From assembly GCA_038496445.1 (NCBI GenBank), contig JALMLS010000579.1:248001-312000 (forward strand): 64,000 nucleotides of DNA, given 5' to 3'. This DNA is from Trichosphaerium sp. ATCC 40318. Lineage: Eukaryota > Protista > Tubulinea. Within the stretch, counting starts at the first letter, position 1, and every line of letters begins with the position of its first letter. This document shows, in pieces, positions 25,981 through 38,894 of this stretch. The position numbers were made by a program, and so were the translations under genes. Under the pieces are notes generated by a model that had not been told where the DNA came from, did no database searches, and saw only the letters and a list, made by a program, of their open reading frames with translations.

Positions 25981-26372
25981 TACTACAATAGAAACTAAAC
26001 AATAAAACTCCCTTTCCTGTTCTAATGGCTGAAGATGATTCACAAACACGTGAGTTTGCTTGATTATTGCGTGTAGCGCAAGTAAATATCTCATACAACA
26101 CCAATTTAGTTATTGTTATTTATGTACTATCAGTCCTCAGTTGGACACAAAACGTTATTTCTCAACCAGCTGATGAATGTTTAGATCATTTTAGTGTATA
26201 AATTAAAGAGCTTTTTTGACACTTGGGAGTTATATCCGAATTTTAACAGCATTTTCTTGCTCTTAAAAATGTTTATTTTCTGGATTTATTTTCTTCAAAC
26301 TTGAATGACACTGGTAGTATGTACAAAAAACACTCAAGTAATAAATCACAGTAGTATTAATTTATCTTGACT

Positions 26373-27746
26373 TCATTGCATATTATGTGTTACATAGTCA
26401 GCATCGAGTTGTTGTAAGCTTGGAAGTAATGATATAATCTTTGATCTATACTCAGAATCTGATGCAACAGGGTTATTTGCCAAGTATAAGACTTCAAGAT
26501 TTTCGTTACTCTGTAGTTTCTTTACCTCTTCAAATGACTCTAACTGGTTTCTGTTTATCTATGTAACAACGTATCAGAATATTATTGATGCATCAACAAA
26601 GCAAGAAAAAAATAGGAAAAAAAAAAGCGCATACCCATAAGTCTTGTAGTTGTTTAAGTCCGTCCAAGTGTTGGAGTGTTGTTATGAAGTTATTAGACAA
26701 ATCAATGAGGTTCAAGTTTGTAAGGGACGTAATACATGAATCAATACATTTAATACCATTGTTACTGAGATAGAGTTCACGTAAATTGACTAACATGCCA
26801 ATATTCTCAATCACTGTTATTCTGTTGGTCTGCAAAAAATTATTTCAAGTTGTAAATTTTGTCTCTATCATTGTGTACTTACCTGAACATCTAATTTTTG
26901 TAGTCTACTCAAGTGAGAAAGATTCTGAAGTGTTGTTATCTTGTTGCGACCTAACCAGAGATTTTCTAAGCTCTCAAGACCTTCCAGGTTTTCGATTGTC
27001 TAAGAAGAAATTATGATCAATTTTTTTCTTTAGCGATCGGTAAATCGCGTACTCGGATTCTGTTAGAGCCAAGCTCAAGGGTTCTTAGATCTGTAAGATG
27101 TGTTAATGCAGCTGTTGGTATTCCATTTATCTTATTTTGACACAAGAAAAGTTCTTGTAGTTTCACTAGCTCTTCCAATCCTAAAATCATTAAAAACAAA
27201 TTTCATAAACACAAAAATAAACGTGCTTCAGGCACGTGTCGAAATAATCTTATACCTTCTATCTCGCGCACTTCATTAAAAGATAAATCCAAGCTCCTAC
27301 GTCATATTGAGTGCGAGAAAGCGTGCAGAAAGGCGAGATTTTTACTTTTGGCCAAAAAAAAATAAGCGCCGAAAGTTTTTCTTCGCGTACGTCAGTTGTG
27401 TATTGTTTTTCAGGTGTTCGATTGCTTTTATTTTATTACCGTATAGATCCAAGGTTACCAAAGAGCTCACAGCGCTCAAAGGTGACAGGTATATAAGTTT
27501 ATTATCACGCATAGATAATGACTGTATAGACGTGTAAATATAGTTTAACGAGTGTTTAACGTACTGAGAGCGCCTTTGCGTGACCTAAGGCGGGAATTTC
27601 TGTTAGGCGGGTATTTGTCAAGTCCAACTCTTCAGTATCTTCTGGAATAGGCTCATTCTTAGCTACACCGCCAGAAAACCCTGTTCTGTCTACAATCTAT
27701 TTCTTATAAGTACAAAACGTACGTTATTGTACCGCACCTTCGCCAT
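26373..27746 (-). CDS. SDS22: Protein phosphatase 1 regulatory subunit Sds22/PPP1R7 (LRR), multi-exon
   Basis: LDLSFNEVREIEG, LFLCQNKI, LELGSNRIR, LWLGRNKI, LYLSNNGI, and an LRR cap LYLANNPV..YRSKIISLLPSLQQLDA. Confidence 0.85.
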
Positions 27747-27969
27747 TATACCACAGAGTTCGCAAATATAAACGCCGCAACTCGTTTAACACTTTTACGT
27801 TGTAATTCACAAAAAAGTCATGAAAAAGCGTCAAGGAAGGTCTTATCACTGTCACGTGTCTCATGCCTTTAAATTAACCAAGCTGAGGGTAAGTTATTAC
27901 AGTAAAGCTACAATCAACTCCCAGAATGTAAAAAACAAGACTGCGTATGTATGAGTCTTGTTGTTTATT

Positions 27970-29420
27970 TTAATTTTTTACGTCTGGGAAAACGCCATCC
28001 GCCCAAGTTGGTGTTACGAATCGATGATCAACATTAAGATCATCAATTAGCTTTGTATCTTCTTCACTTAATTTTATGCTAAACACTTGAATATTTGATT
28101 CTATACGCTCAGGTGTTACAGACTTTGGTAGTGCAACTGCTTTTTTATCTATAAGCCAACGTAAGATGATGTTAGCTGGTTTAGTTTTCCGGCGTTGAGC
28201 GATACCAACAATCTAAAAAAACCCATCAATACATGTGTGCCGACTGTCATCAATGTGACAAAAAAGAACAACAAAAATCAAAGCAGCGTACTGTTGGGTT
28301 AAGTAGTAGTTTTGGTAGTGCGTCAGAGTCAAGACCGCTTCCGAAAGGTGAATATGCGGACACCACAATATTCTTATCAGAACATACTTTATTTAGAGCA
28401 CTTTGTTGAAGGTATGGATGCATCTATAAGTAAGGAATTATTTTTTGGAATCCACTAAAAAAAACCATTTACGTTAAAAATTTGATTTGTACCTCCACTT
28501 GGTTTACAGCAGGTGTTACACTACAATCAGCGAGTTGGTTTAAATGATGTTCATTGAAGTTACTGACTCCGATATTACGTGTCAACCCAGCTTCTTTTAC
28601 AGCTTGCATAGCCTCCCAAGTGTCCTCTATTATTGTTTGTATTAATAAATCAGAAACAATCCTCGAAGTCGTACTTAGTGGGATTTCTTCTGTTTCTATA
28701 CCGTCAACACCAGGAACGAAACTAACAGGCCAATGAATCAAGTATAAATCTACAACATGTTAACCAGATCACGTGATGGCAGAACAGAGATGAAATTGTC
28801 ATTTCAAAAAAAAAAAGCTTTCTGTAAGCGATATGTGCTTATAAGTGAGTGCAACGTAACCGTACCAAGGTAATCTACGCCAAGGCGTTTAAGAGAGTCC
28901 TCTAAATAGGGTATCAGAAAAGTTGGTTAACTAAAGTTGTTAATGTAACCTAATGCCGATTTGACTAGCTCTGGTCTGTGTTTATTGTTCCATAGTTTGG
29001 AAGTAAGGAATATTTGATCGCGTGGTACATCTTTAAACGGCGTGTTAGTTGAATAAGCGCCAAATTTGAGCGTACTGTATCTGTTTATCGCTTTTTTCAT
29101 GCCTGCGCCTACACTATCTTCGTTGCGATATATAGCGGCTGTATCTAAGTTTTGACATTACAGTGATGTGCTAGAGTAGTTTTATATACCTATGTGCCTG
29201 TAACCGTTGAAAATAGAGCATTGTACAGCTGCTTCAACTTGTTTGCCTTCACCTTTCCAAGTACTACGTGAATTAGCGTCATACTACTTACCAGTGCTGT
29301 ACCGTACCCCAGGCCAACTAATGGCATCTCATCGCCAGTATTTAGTTTTATCTCCTGGCTAAACGAGCGTACACTAACTTTTCTAGTGACTTTAGAGCGT
29401 AGAGCTATTCTTCCCAACAT
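27970..29420 (-). CDS. Aldo/keto reductase with probable mitochondrial presequence, multi-exon
   Basis: Arg-rich N-terminus, KLNTGDEMPLVGLG, DTAAIYRNE, FLTSKLW, LYLIHWP, IGVSNF, PAVNQVE, AYSPFG, LPKSVTPERI. Confidence 0.92.
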
Positions 29421-29549
29421 TACGAAGCGTTTTTAGTTCTCACTTATAGACCTGTTCACAAAACGAATTCGTTAAGTTTCCGGTTAAATTTTTTTTTATT
29501 TGTTTTCAAAAAACATCTCTTTTTACAGCTGCTTAAACTCTTAAGGATT

Positions 29550-32358
29550 TTAATTAGTCTTCTTCTTATATATTCTCTTAACCCTAAATTTTCTAAAAGC
29601 AACCTTTCTAGCTTGTTTATGGCACGCTTCAACCCAATCTTTTGTAACAATTTCTAGTTTTTTATTCTCTGCTAAAGCTTCAGAGAAATCTTCGTTCCAC
29701 TCCAAATCTGTAACTGTTGCAGTTGTATCAGCTGACATATGTTGTTCCACCTCTCTATTTAAGCGAGTTAGATCTTGTGGATTGAATAACAGCAGTAAAA
29801 AACCAGGAAACAAACATTTTGTTGTTAGACTTAAACGTACCCGCCATAAGCCATGACATATCTCTTTATTGCTTTAGTTGCTGCCTTGTCAAACGTTCCA
29901 TATATCATTATCTTTACACCACTTAAAAAGTCTGGTAGGTCAATATCCATAGAATCTACTATACTATCAAGCATTGCTGCAGGTATTTCATCAGTTCCTT
30001 CGCTATCTTCGTCATCACCATCCTTATCAACATCCATTTGCGATTGTTGTATCATGTCTTTTATATCATTAGGATCAAGAACATCTGTGCCTTCTGAACC
30101 GTCGCTACTATCATTATCACTAAGCTCTAATTTCACTGTTCCTTGTGTAGATTGAGGTACTAATTGCATCTCTTCAGTGCCCTAAAAAAAACCAATCAAT
30201 CGAGAGAACGAACTCTACAGAATAAGGCAATATCCATTAAAAGAACTGCTCAATATAGTGTTATGTGAGAGCGGAGTGATTGTTCAGTTATTTGTTTGAA
30301 TACTTTTATAGATAAAGTACTTACGGAAGATGAGTCACTTGCTTCATCGTCGTTTTTAATCTGTTTTTTTGGTGCTACTTTTGGTTGTTTCTTCAGCTTC
30401 TTAGGTTGTTTTTTTGATTTTATAGCTAATTTAAGATCTTTCAAATGTTGTTGTACAGTATCTTCATCTAACTCATCAGTATCAGCATCATCTACAACAA
30501 CTTTTACACGTTTCTTAGGCTGTACAGAGTCACTCTCACTAAGATCCTATAGGAAAGAGTAAATATGACATGTTCGTTTGCCTTGTAAAAATGTCAAATC
30601 ATAGACACGTGCAATTGATTCATCCAAATATTTCCGTTTCTTTGATTCTTTAAAATCATCATATGTAGCATGAGGGTCATCTTCTTCCATTGGATCTATA
30701 ACTTTACAAAGAAAAAATTAAGCAAAACCAACTAACCAAAGGAACTCAAAATGAGCGTACTGCCATCAGCGACTACAAACCCATCACCGTAATCATAATC
30801 ATCTGGACCATCATCTCCATCAGAGTCAATGATTCCCATCTCTTTTTTTTCTACATTGAAAAAATGTAAGCTATCTCAGCACGTGCTAAGCAAACGTTTT
30901 CTGTTGCACCTTTTTTTGTAAGTTTTTTGTTAGGTTTTGATTGCGTTGGCTTGGCAGCCAAGAGGAAGTTATCAACAGAAGCTTCACTGCTATTTTCTAT
31001 ACACGCCAGTAGCCAATTTTTATGAACCACCAACTTTCCAGCAGCTGTTATGAGTCAGAGGTTAATTTTTGGTAAGTTTTTGCTTGCCTTTTGCTTTATA
31101 TACTTTTGGTGCTTTATGAAACGCAGCAACAACATGCGTAACACCATCATTAAAATCGCCAGAATAGTCAGCACCAAGTGATAGGAGACCATTACGAAGA
31201 TCAACACGTTCTTGACCCTTCACACCACTCAAAGTAATAGTCATACCAGTCTAACGTCAAAGTGTTAAAACAACAATTAAAAAAAGATGGAAAAAACCAA
31301 CAAGCCACAAGACATACCAAAGGCTTACTATTCTTCTTTGGCTTCTTTTTTATAGGTGATGTCTTCTTAGGTTTTGGTTTAGATATCTTTTTCTTCTTGG
31401 GTGTAGTTGTTATAGGTGCAGGTGGAGGATCTACATATTTGCTTGAAGTCTTTGGTTTTGCATTTGGAGATAATTGTGTGAATATTGACTTAGATGGAGA
31501 TTTCTTCTTTTCAGGTGTCTTTGCTTGTTGCATAAACTTTTGATATTCAGCTGGGTTACTATCACAAAGAAATAAATAAACAACAAACAAAATCAAAAAA
31601 AACCAAAAAAGTCACGTGCGCTTCATCAGTATCTGAGGAGTCGTCCATATCAGCTTGAGTTGGAATTTTTATTTCTAGAGGCTCTGTATTTGCCATCTAA
31701 TGCGTACATTAGGTTTATTAAAATTTAAGATGAAAAATAAACGAGCAATTAGTAATTCGTTGACTACTGACTAGTTGATTTTGACTTTTTTTTGTTCATT
31801 TATTTAACGTACTTTTGTTTCTTTTTTTGTTCCGTTAATTTCTACGTGACATAGACCGTGAGGTCGTTTAGGATTAGCGAATTGTTTGCAATATAACCTA
31901 TTTTGAATAAGCGTTATTTTTTTCAGCGTTTAAAATGTTGTTTGTACTTTATTTTTGTCCACGGCTTCATTGCTACGCGTTTGGTGAATTGTTTTGCAGT
32001 TAAAACTGTTTCAGTCCTCAAGTTGGTTCCCTGTTTCCAATCTTTCCATGTCATTAAAGGTTTTATACCAGACAGAACCTGTTTTAGTGAAGTTGAGTTT
32101 TGTTTCCTCTAAAAAAAAAAAACAATTTAAACGTACTTGCCAATCTGTCTTGTCTGTACGCACAGAAATCTCACAAAACGCACTACCGTTATTTATTATT
32201 CTCACTTGGTTGATCTGAACACTATTCTTAAATTGAAGCTCTATTGAGGCGTCAATCTCGTTTTTCGATGTTTGCCAGTAGTTTGATGTGGAAGATGAGC
32301 TAACTTGCGAAGCTTTGTGGTTGCTGTCTTCTGATGTAACGCTTGACACTTTAAACAT
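29550..32358 (-). CDS. XRCC1: XRCC1-like DNA repair scaffold (XRCC1 N-terminal domain plus two BRCT domains), multi-exon
   Basis: VTSEDSNHKA..IELQF..INNGSAFCEISV N-domain. BRCT1 ITLSGVKGQERVDLRNGLLSLGADY..VTHVVAAF..VVHKNWLLAC. BRCT2 LPDFLSG..RYVMAYGG..IVTKDWVEACH. Confidence 0.8.
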
Positions 32359-32672
32359 ATTGTATAATACGTTCAGGCGCCACAGTAGTGCTATTGATGT
32401 GCAAGCAGGTTGATCTAAATTCCACGCCAGTCAAATCTGTGTAATTTTGTTCCAATAGCATCAAAGGTGTTCTTAGAGGTACTTGCGATCAAAGGGTACA
32501 AATCAAGATACAGTTGAGGCCTTGGAGTGTCAAAATGACATGTGAAGCTTTGCATATGGCTAATAGCTACTTCCTTTTAGTGCCATTAAAAGTGCAAATG
32601 TGCCACAAAACGTTCAGTTTAAAAACAGTTTAAGTTTGAGTTTTAAGTGATTGTATTTCGCAATGCCACGAC

Positions 32673-34169
32673 ATGAAAGCGCCTGATATACGTATTTCTA
32701 GTAGTGGTGAACACCATGAGAGGCGTAGGCGCCATAGAAGTAGGAGAAAACATAAATCATCTGGGCATTCCAAACGGCACAGCCATAGACACCACAAACA
32801 TAGTAGTCACAAAAGCAAGCGTCACAGACGTCTTTCGTACAAACCAGATAATACAGATTATTTTTCACAATTACCGCCCGGTGAGTCATGCTGTTGAGCA
32901 AATTTCGCGTCGTGGCTATCTTTTAACTCAATTCCAGAAATATGTTTACAAATCTTCTGTAACTTGTCCTTTCGCGATGTCAGCGCCATAGGCAAGTAAG
33001 TGTACACATTCTACACTAGGATGTTGTATCAAAATAACGAATTTCTCAAAGCGTTGCAAAGTACTTTTCTGGTCTTTCAACTGACTCTACGATATGGCAG
33101 AAACTGTGTCAGCAGCAAGGCTTTCGCTCATACAGAAAACGTGTACGAAACAACATTCCCATCTTTGACATTCCACCTTTGTTCTAAACTGATTCTTTTT
33201 GTTCTCAGAGAATAAGAAACTACAGACAATTGTTTATAAAAAATTGGAAACGCAAGCATGATCCATTTCAAAAGCTCAGGGTCACTGGTCCGGTAAGTTA
33301 TTTAAAACAGTTTCGAAGAAAAATGAAGAGATTCACTTGTGACATTTCACATTGTGTTCAGCTTGTGTTGAAACTATTTGAAGGTTCATGGAGTTCGTAT
33401 TTCACATGGGCGCATATTAAACGAGACAGTCCTATCACATCAAGTACCTCACCATAGTCTGCGACCTATTTTTATCAAGGTAAAAACTGTTATTGTTTTT
33501 ATTTATAGTTCAGTATGTCTTTGACAAGGACACTAAGTCTTCCTCTAGAATATTTGTTGGGAAGTGTATTGTACTGTGTATATTGCAGCAGTACCCGATG
33601 CAGCGGAGGGTGACCACTCAAGAGTACTATCAAACTTTGTTATAGGTTGTTAATAAGTTTAGAGTGCGCTTCCTTTAGAAGTGAATGCGATGAAAGTTTT
33701 GTTGAGGCGTGGTTACTACTGGCAGCAGCGCCCTGGATCAAGGTATACATTTTTTGTTCAACCCACTTGACATAGTTTAGTTATCATACTGGGCTTAAAA
33801 ATAAAGGATGGACATTACCAGATAATGTATGAAGCGGAGTTATTAAATGTTTATTTTTACTTACAAAAAATTTTAAAGGTGTCTGCAAGGAAGAGTGACA
33901 TTACTTTTTCAGGTGATCCCAATTACTCTTTTTTGGTAATGGCCAGAGTATCCAAAATGGGTTCAAAAAATAGTACCAACAATATGCACTATGACTTAGG
34001 TACTAAAGAGCAGTATTTACAATAGTTTTCGGTTTAAATTCATACTTTCTGTTTATTTTTAGAAGCGTTTAAGTCAGATATGGCCTATCTCATTCGTCTT
34101 CTTCGACGGTCAGATGAATATAAAACAATTAGAATCAGGAATTGAGGTCATAAACAACATGTACATTAA
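32673..34169 (+). CDS. F-box protein with His/Arg/Ser-rich basic N-terminus, multi-exon
   Basis: DYFSQLPP-EICLQIFCNLSFRDVSAIG..DSTIWQKLC F-box across splice junctions. Downstream exons were not assignable to a family. Confidence 0.65.
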
Positions 34170-34270
34170 AGTCAGTGTAAATAAACAAATCAAAGATTTT
34201 GAAAAAAAAATGGTATGTTTTCCCTGACCAGATCTGATTAGTAAGCCGTTGCTACAACAATAGAATATTG

Positions 34271-37200
34271 TTATGTCTTGGTAATGAGTTATTTTTGATA
34301 GTCAGTACTTGTTAAAATCGACATAGAGTCAGTTGCAACTAATCTATTGATTTATTTTTGTTCAAGCAACTATTTAACAATTATACTGAAACTAACTCCT
34401 CTTCATTACTATTAGAGTCTGTGGTACTATCCACATCACCTCCTTGTGATCCTTGATCTGCACTAATACGTTTTATGTACGACTTCATCTTAGCAAGTTC
34501 TTTCTGTAAAACCCAAGAGTAAGTGCAAAGAACAATTAAAAAAAAAAAGCAGCATACTTGGTCTCTATCTCGTTGTTTTTTCAATGAAGCATTTCGTTTT
34601 TCTACTGTCCTTAATTTTTCTAATAGAGCCTCACGATCACTGCTTGGCGCTTTGGATGGAGAGTCAAGATCTTAAGATAGTTAGAGATACATCCAAAAGT
34701 AAGTGCTTACCTGTAGTCTGTGTAGATTTTTTGTTAAGGTTATAGTTTTGTGAACTACCACCACTGTTGCTGCCAGTTTTAGAAGATCCACTACCGTTTC
34801 CAGAAAAGTATATTAATTTGACCTTGTGCTGTACTAATCGAGCAATAGAAACTCCTGGAGCAAGTTAGTTTAAAACCCTCGCTGAAAAACGAAAAAAACT
34901 TGTTCTGCGAATTTCTGCTGAGATCCCAAAAAAAACTGAGAAATATCGTTTATGTTGCCAATTGTACCAGCTTCAAGAAGCGCAGCAACGCATATTAATC
35001 CCCAAAAGAGGTATCTATCAATATCCTGTGATTTTATCATCATAGTTATCACTAAAACAACTAGAAGGATATGCCACACCATTGTGTTGTAAATCTATAA
35101 AACAGTGAGTCCTGATGTTTTAAGTTGTTTGATCGTACTGAAAATCCAATAACGCTGGACTCATTGTATATAGCATAAGGGATATTACGTAGTCTAAATG
35201 CAAGATATCCGCCATATCCAAGTAATGCAACAAGCTGAAACAACAGTAAACTTATGTTTGTGATTTTCAGATTTTTTTTAAAAAAATCGTACGTAGACCA
35301 TGTTCATTGCAGCGAATACAATCCAAGCTGTATTTGGTCTACAAGTATAATAGTTATTTGAGTTGTAGTACACTGTTTTAATTTCCTATCGCAAATACTG
35401 AGTGAGTTAAGTTAATATATGTTACAATTAAGTACCAAATTTTTCTCGATTTTTCCAATGCTTGTCATGAGGATAAGAAAAACAAGTTCTGTCGCCAAGA
35501 TCAGCATGAGAACAAACCCAACCATCTTATCGCTAATTCTCACGATAACAACAGCTTTGTTTGCATACAATTGCCATACACGCCAACTTTTTGCAAACAA
35601 ACTCCTAAAACAAAGAAATCAGTATTTTTCATTTCACGTGAAAATCACGTGTACCCAAACAACAAAGAGAACCCTAATCCGTAGAGCCATACTGCAAGAT
35701 TACATGACCAAGCTCCTATTATACCAGGTGCCATAAATATCACTGAAGCGTACACAAGAATACTTCCAAGCAAGATACCTTTTTTTGAAGTAAAGTAAGA
35801 AAACAATTTATGTACTATTCATGAAGTCTGAGTACGTACCAATCATGAAAGTTGGAGAAGAAGCTTTAATTAACTTGTGGCTACGCATTATCACAACTGC
35901 AAAAATAAGGAATACGGATATAATGGCAGCGAAAATCAAGATCCCAGTGAAAACCCACTCAATTGTTGCATCTCCTGAGGAGAACAAGTTAGTTTTTGGA
36001 TGACTTAATTGCGTGATAAATACGTACCAAATTCTTGTGTAACTTGTCTGTCGTTCCACATTGGCATTGGATAAACAAAGTCAGATAAATTAAATCCTAA
36101 GCTAGGCCCAACAAGATGAACAGTTTTGTTAACAAACTGAACAGGCGTTGATTCAATTAGTTGTGTATGATCAGGGTTGAACGCAGTCTACAAAACAAAT
36201 CAGTATACTACAAACTGCAAATCCGTTAACGCACTCTTCCATAAAACGATTCTAGCGTAGATAACTCTATGTTTCTAGCAATCACATCCGGATCCATACT
36301 AATAGATTTCTGACAAAAAAATATGAGTTTGAGCGATAAAATGGCTTGTTACTTTACCTCAATAGCACGTTGTAGGACAATGCCATTACTCGCTGACATG
36401 GCTGACCACCAACTAGGCTCATATCCGAATTGACTTTCGAATAAATTTGCAAAGTTGCCTGCTGATCCAACCCAATCCCCTGTTGCTTTAACGAAGCGTC
36501 TATCCCACTAAACATCAGTGTTATAAAAAAAATACCCAAGTTTACAAACGTACAATGACAGATGAAATAAGGTATTCTAGTACATTATCTGTATCGTCTT
36601 TGATAAGATTAGGCCACCTTCCAGCGTACATGACAGGTGTGATGACAGCTTTGGCGTGATAATTTTTTTCTTTCATTGTTTTTAACATAAACGGCAAAGG
36701 TTCAACAAATAGTCCGTTATTACAAACCTAAGAAATCCTCAATAAACAAAAAAAACGTTGGATCCTTTTTAATAATTTATGAATATCGTACAGCAAAAGC
36801 ATCAGCGCCAAAAGACATTGCTTCCTGGAGAAAATGACTAGTTAGAAATTATTAAATGATAAAAGTACACGTGCATCAAGTGCTGCTGTGTAGTTTTGTA
36901 GCACGTCGGGTCTTTCATATAAGAGCGATTGGTCCTCTCCGCTTATTTGTTGTATTGTTGATGTGTATAAGACTTTCATTCCTGCTTCGGTTGCCTTTCA
37001 ATCAAAGAGTTAAACAGCGATAAAAATACCGGAGATGTAATATTACGTACCAGTGCGCTTAAACTACCACAGAGAAGCCTAGAGAAAAAAAACTCCGTTT
37101 GTACCATCACTATTGTCTTCACGCGATTAATTTGTAGTAAAGGAACGAAAGATGCGGCCATTCTAATGACGTATTAATTACGGAAAAGGGCATCCCAAAA

Positions 37201-38097
37201 TACTTCAAAATCCAGAGGGGAAAAAAAAAGTCTAACCTTTCGGTTGGTGTTTGTGTACTGAACATATAATTCGAGCTCTGATATAATCCAGTTGTAGCAT
37301 GGTACGCCATCTAAACAATTCAATAACGCATTAGCACGCGAGGTAACTAATTGTTTTTCATTATCACAAGGCTTACCGTAATAATTTTGTTAGGGTCTAT
37401 TAATGCTCCTTTAACGGGAGCAAAGAGGTCTGAGCGAATAAGACCAAATAAAAATTTCACGCCTAAACAGACGTTATTAGTTTACTGTATTTTATACATA
37501 AAAGCGCTAATTGTGCATCAATCAATGGTTAAAATAAAAACAAACACCCAAACTAGAAGCTCTTTTTTTTTCAATTTTTTTTTTTCAATCACGTGACAAA
37601 CGTGACCAATGAAAAAATAAAGTGGTTTTTCTTAGAGTCGAAGCAAAGGAAAGAATAGCGTGAAGTAATTTTTTGAAGAAGTTAAAACTCACTTGTATTC
37701 GTTAGAAGTTCTCTGTGAGCTGCCATAACAGACTCAGAGTTTTCAGTAGCGTTAACAACACGTAATTCAACACCATATGTCTTGTTTCCTTGTTTTATTC
37801 CACCTAAAAAAAACAAGTTAGCAATCGTTGATTGGGATACTGTTTCGATTGGTAACTCCGACAGAAAAGTTGTAAAGTGGTGTTACCCTTTCACTCTAGA
37901 GTGATTTTTTTTTGTTTCTTTGGTGTACCGTTTGCGTTAGTATGGTTCACCCAGAAGAGTATACCATCAAGAAGTTCTTTAGGCGTATTATTTTCATTCT
38001 GTTCAGGGTAGACAGAAACGTGACCAAACGTAATGTACTCGTCAAAGGCGTATACTGAGGATACCAGTATTACGAATACAACTAAGAAATGCTGCAT
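34271..38097 (-). CDS. Class C (GABA-B-like) GPCR with periplasmic-binding-protein-type ectodomain, multi-exon
   Basis: Signal peptide; DGILFWVNHTN.NG..GVELRVVN ligand-binding domain; 7tm_3 hallmarks IKASSPTFM, FAKSWRVWQLY and RLRNIPYAIYNESSVIGFS; C-terminal coiled coil. Confidence 0.85.
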
Positions 38098-38400
38098 AGG
38101 TGCCTTCTACTTCGTTTGAATGAAGTAACGCGGCCTTATAATTTTCCCAATGCCTTAAGCCAAAAAAAAAGGACACTCTTCCAACAAACGGATTGCCTTT
38201 GTTCTCCGAAGGCAAAGACTACTCATATACTCAGTAAACACTACACTGGCTGTAGTGAACTCCGACGACCTATTGAAGCAGTTCCAGAAAATCACATGTA
38301 CAAATCCAACAGCGCTAACCAAAATGTACGATAAGAATGATACAGTCAGAACGGGTAGCCATTGTTTAGCAGACCGGATAATTCACACATTGATTCTATT

Positions 38401-38714
38401 ATTCTTCCGTTATGATTGAATATTCGAATATAATTAACATTCGTTTGTATTCATATTCATTCATTATTCATACACGTTGAACTGCGACAGTAAACAGTCA
38501 AATTGTGCAATTTGATGCTGATTTTATTGGATTTGTGATGTTGCCTGGAAGTAAAAAAAAAGAGCATTCCTGTAAAGTGGCAACATAGGAGCTAAGCCAA
38601 AAGCTTCCCAAAATCCTGAGTCACCAACACTTGGTGAATGTTCATGAATAAATATTAAAGAATATGCAATGCTGGACAATGAATATGAATAGTGATTGTA
38701 TTCAAACGGAAGAA
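38401..38714. repeat. Degenerate inverted-repeat element (possible MITE remnant) between divergent genes
   Basis: TTCTTCCGTT (38402) pairs with AACGGAAGAA (38705), and TATTCATATTCATT (about 38448) pairs with AATGAATATGAATA (about 38678). Confidence 0.4.
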
Positions 38715-38894
38715 CATATTAACAACCATCACCAATCAAAAGAAAGGTTCGGAAAATGCGGTTCGCTAATGTTTGGGAGCGTGTTAAACTATTCATTGCT
38801 CGTTAGCGACTTGGATTTGTTTGAAAAATTCGGGCTTCAATAAAAGTCATGGAGGCTGTTAAAATTAAATTAAAATGAAGTAATAGCAAGCGAG

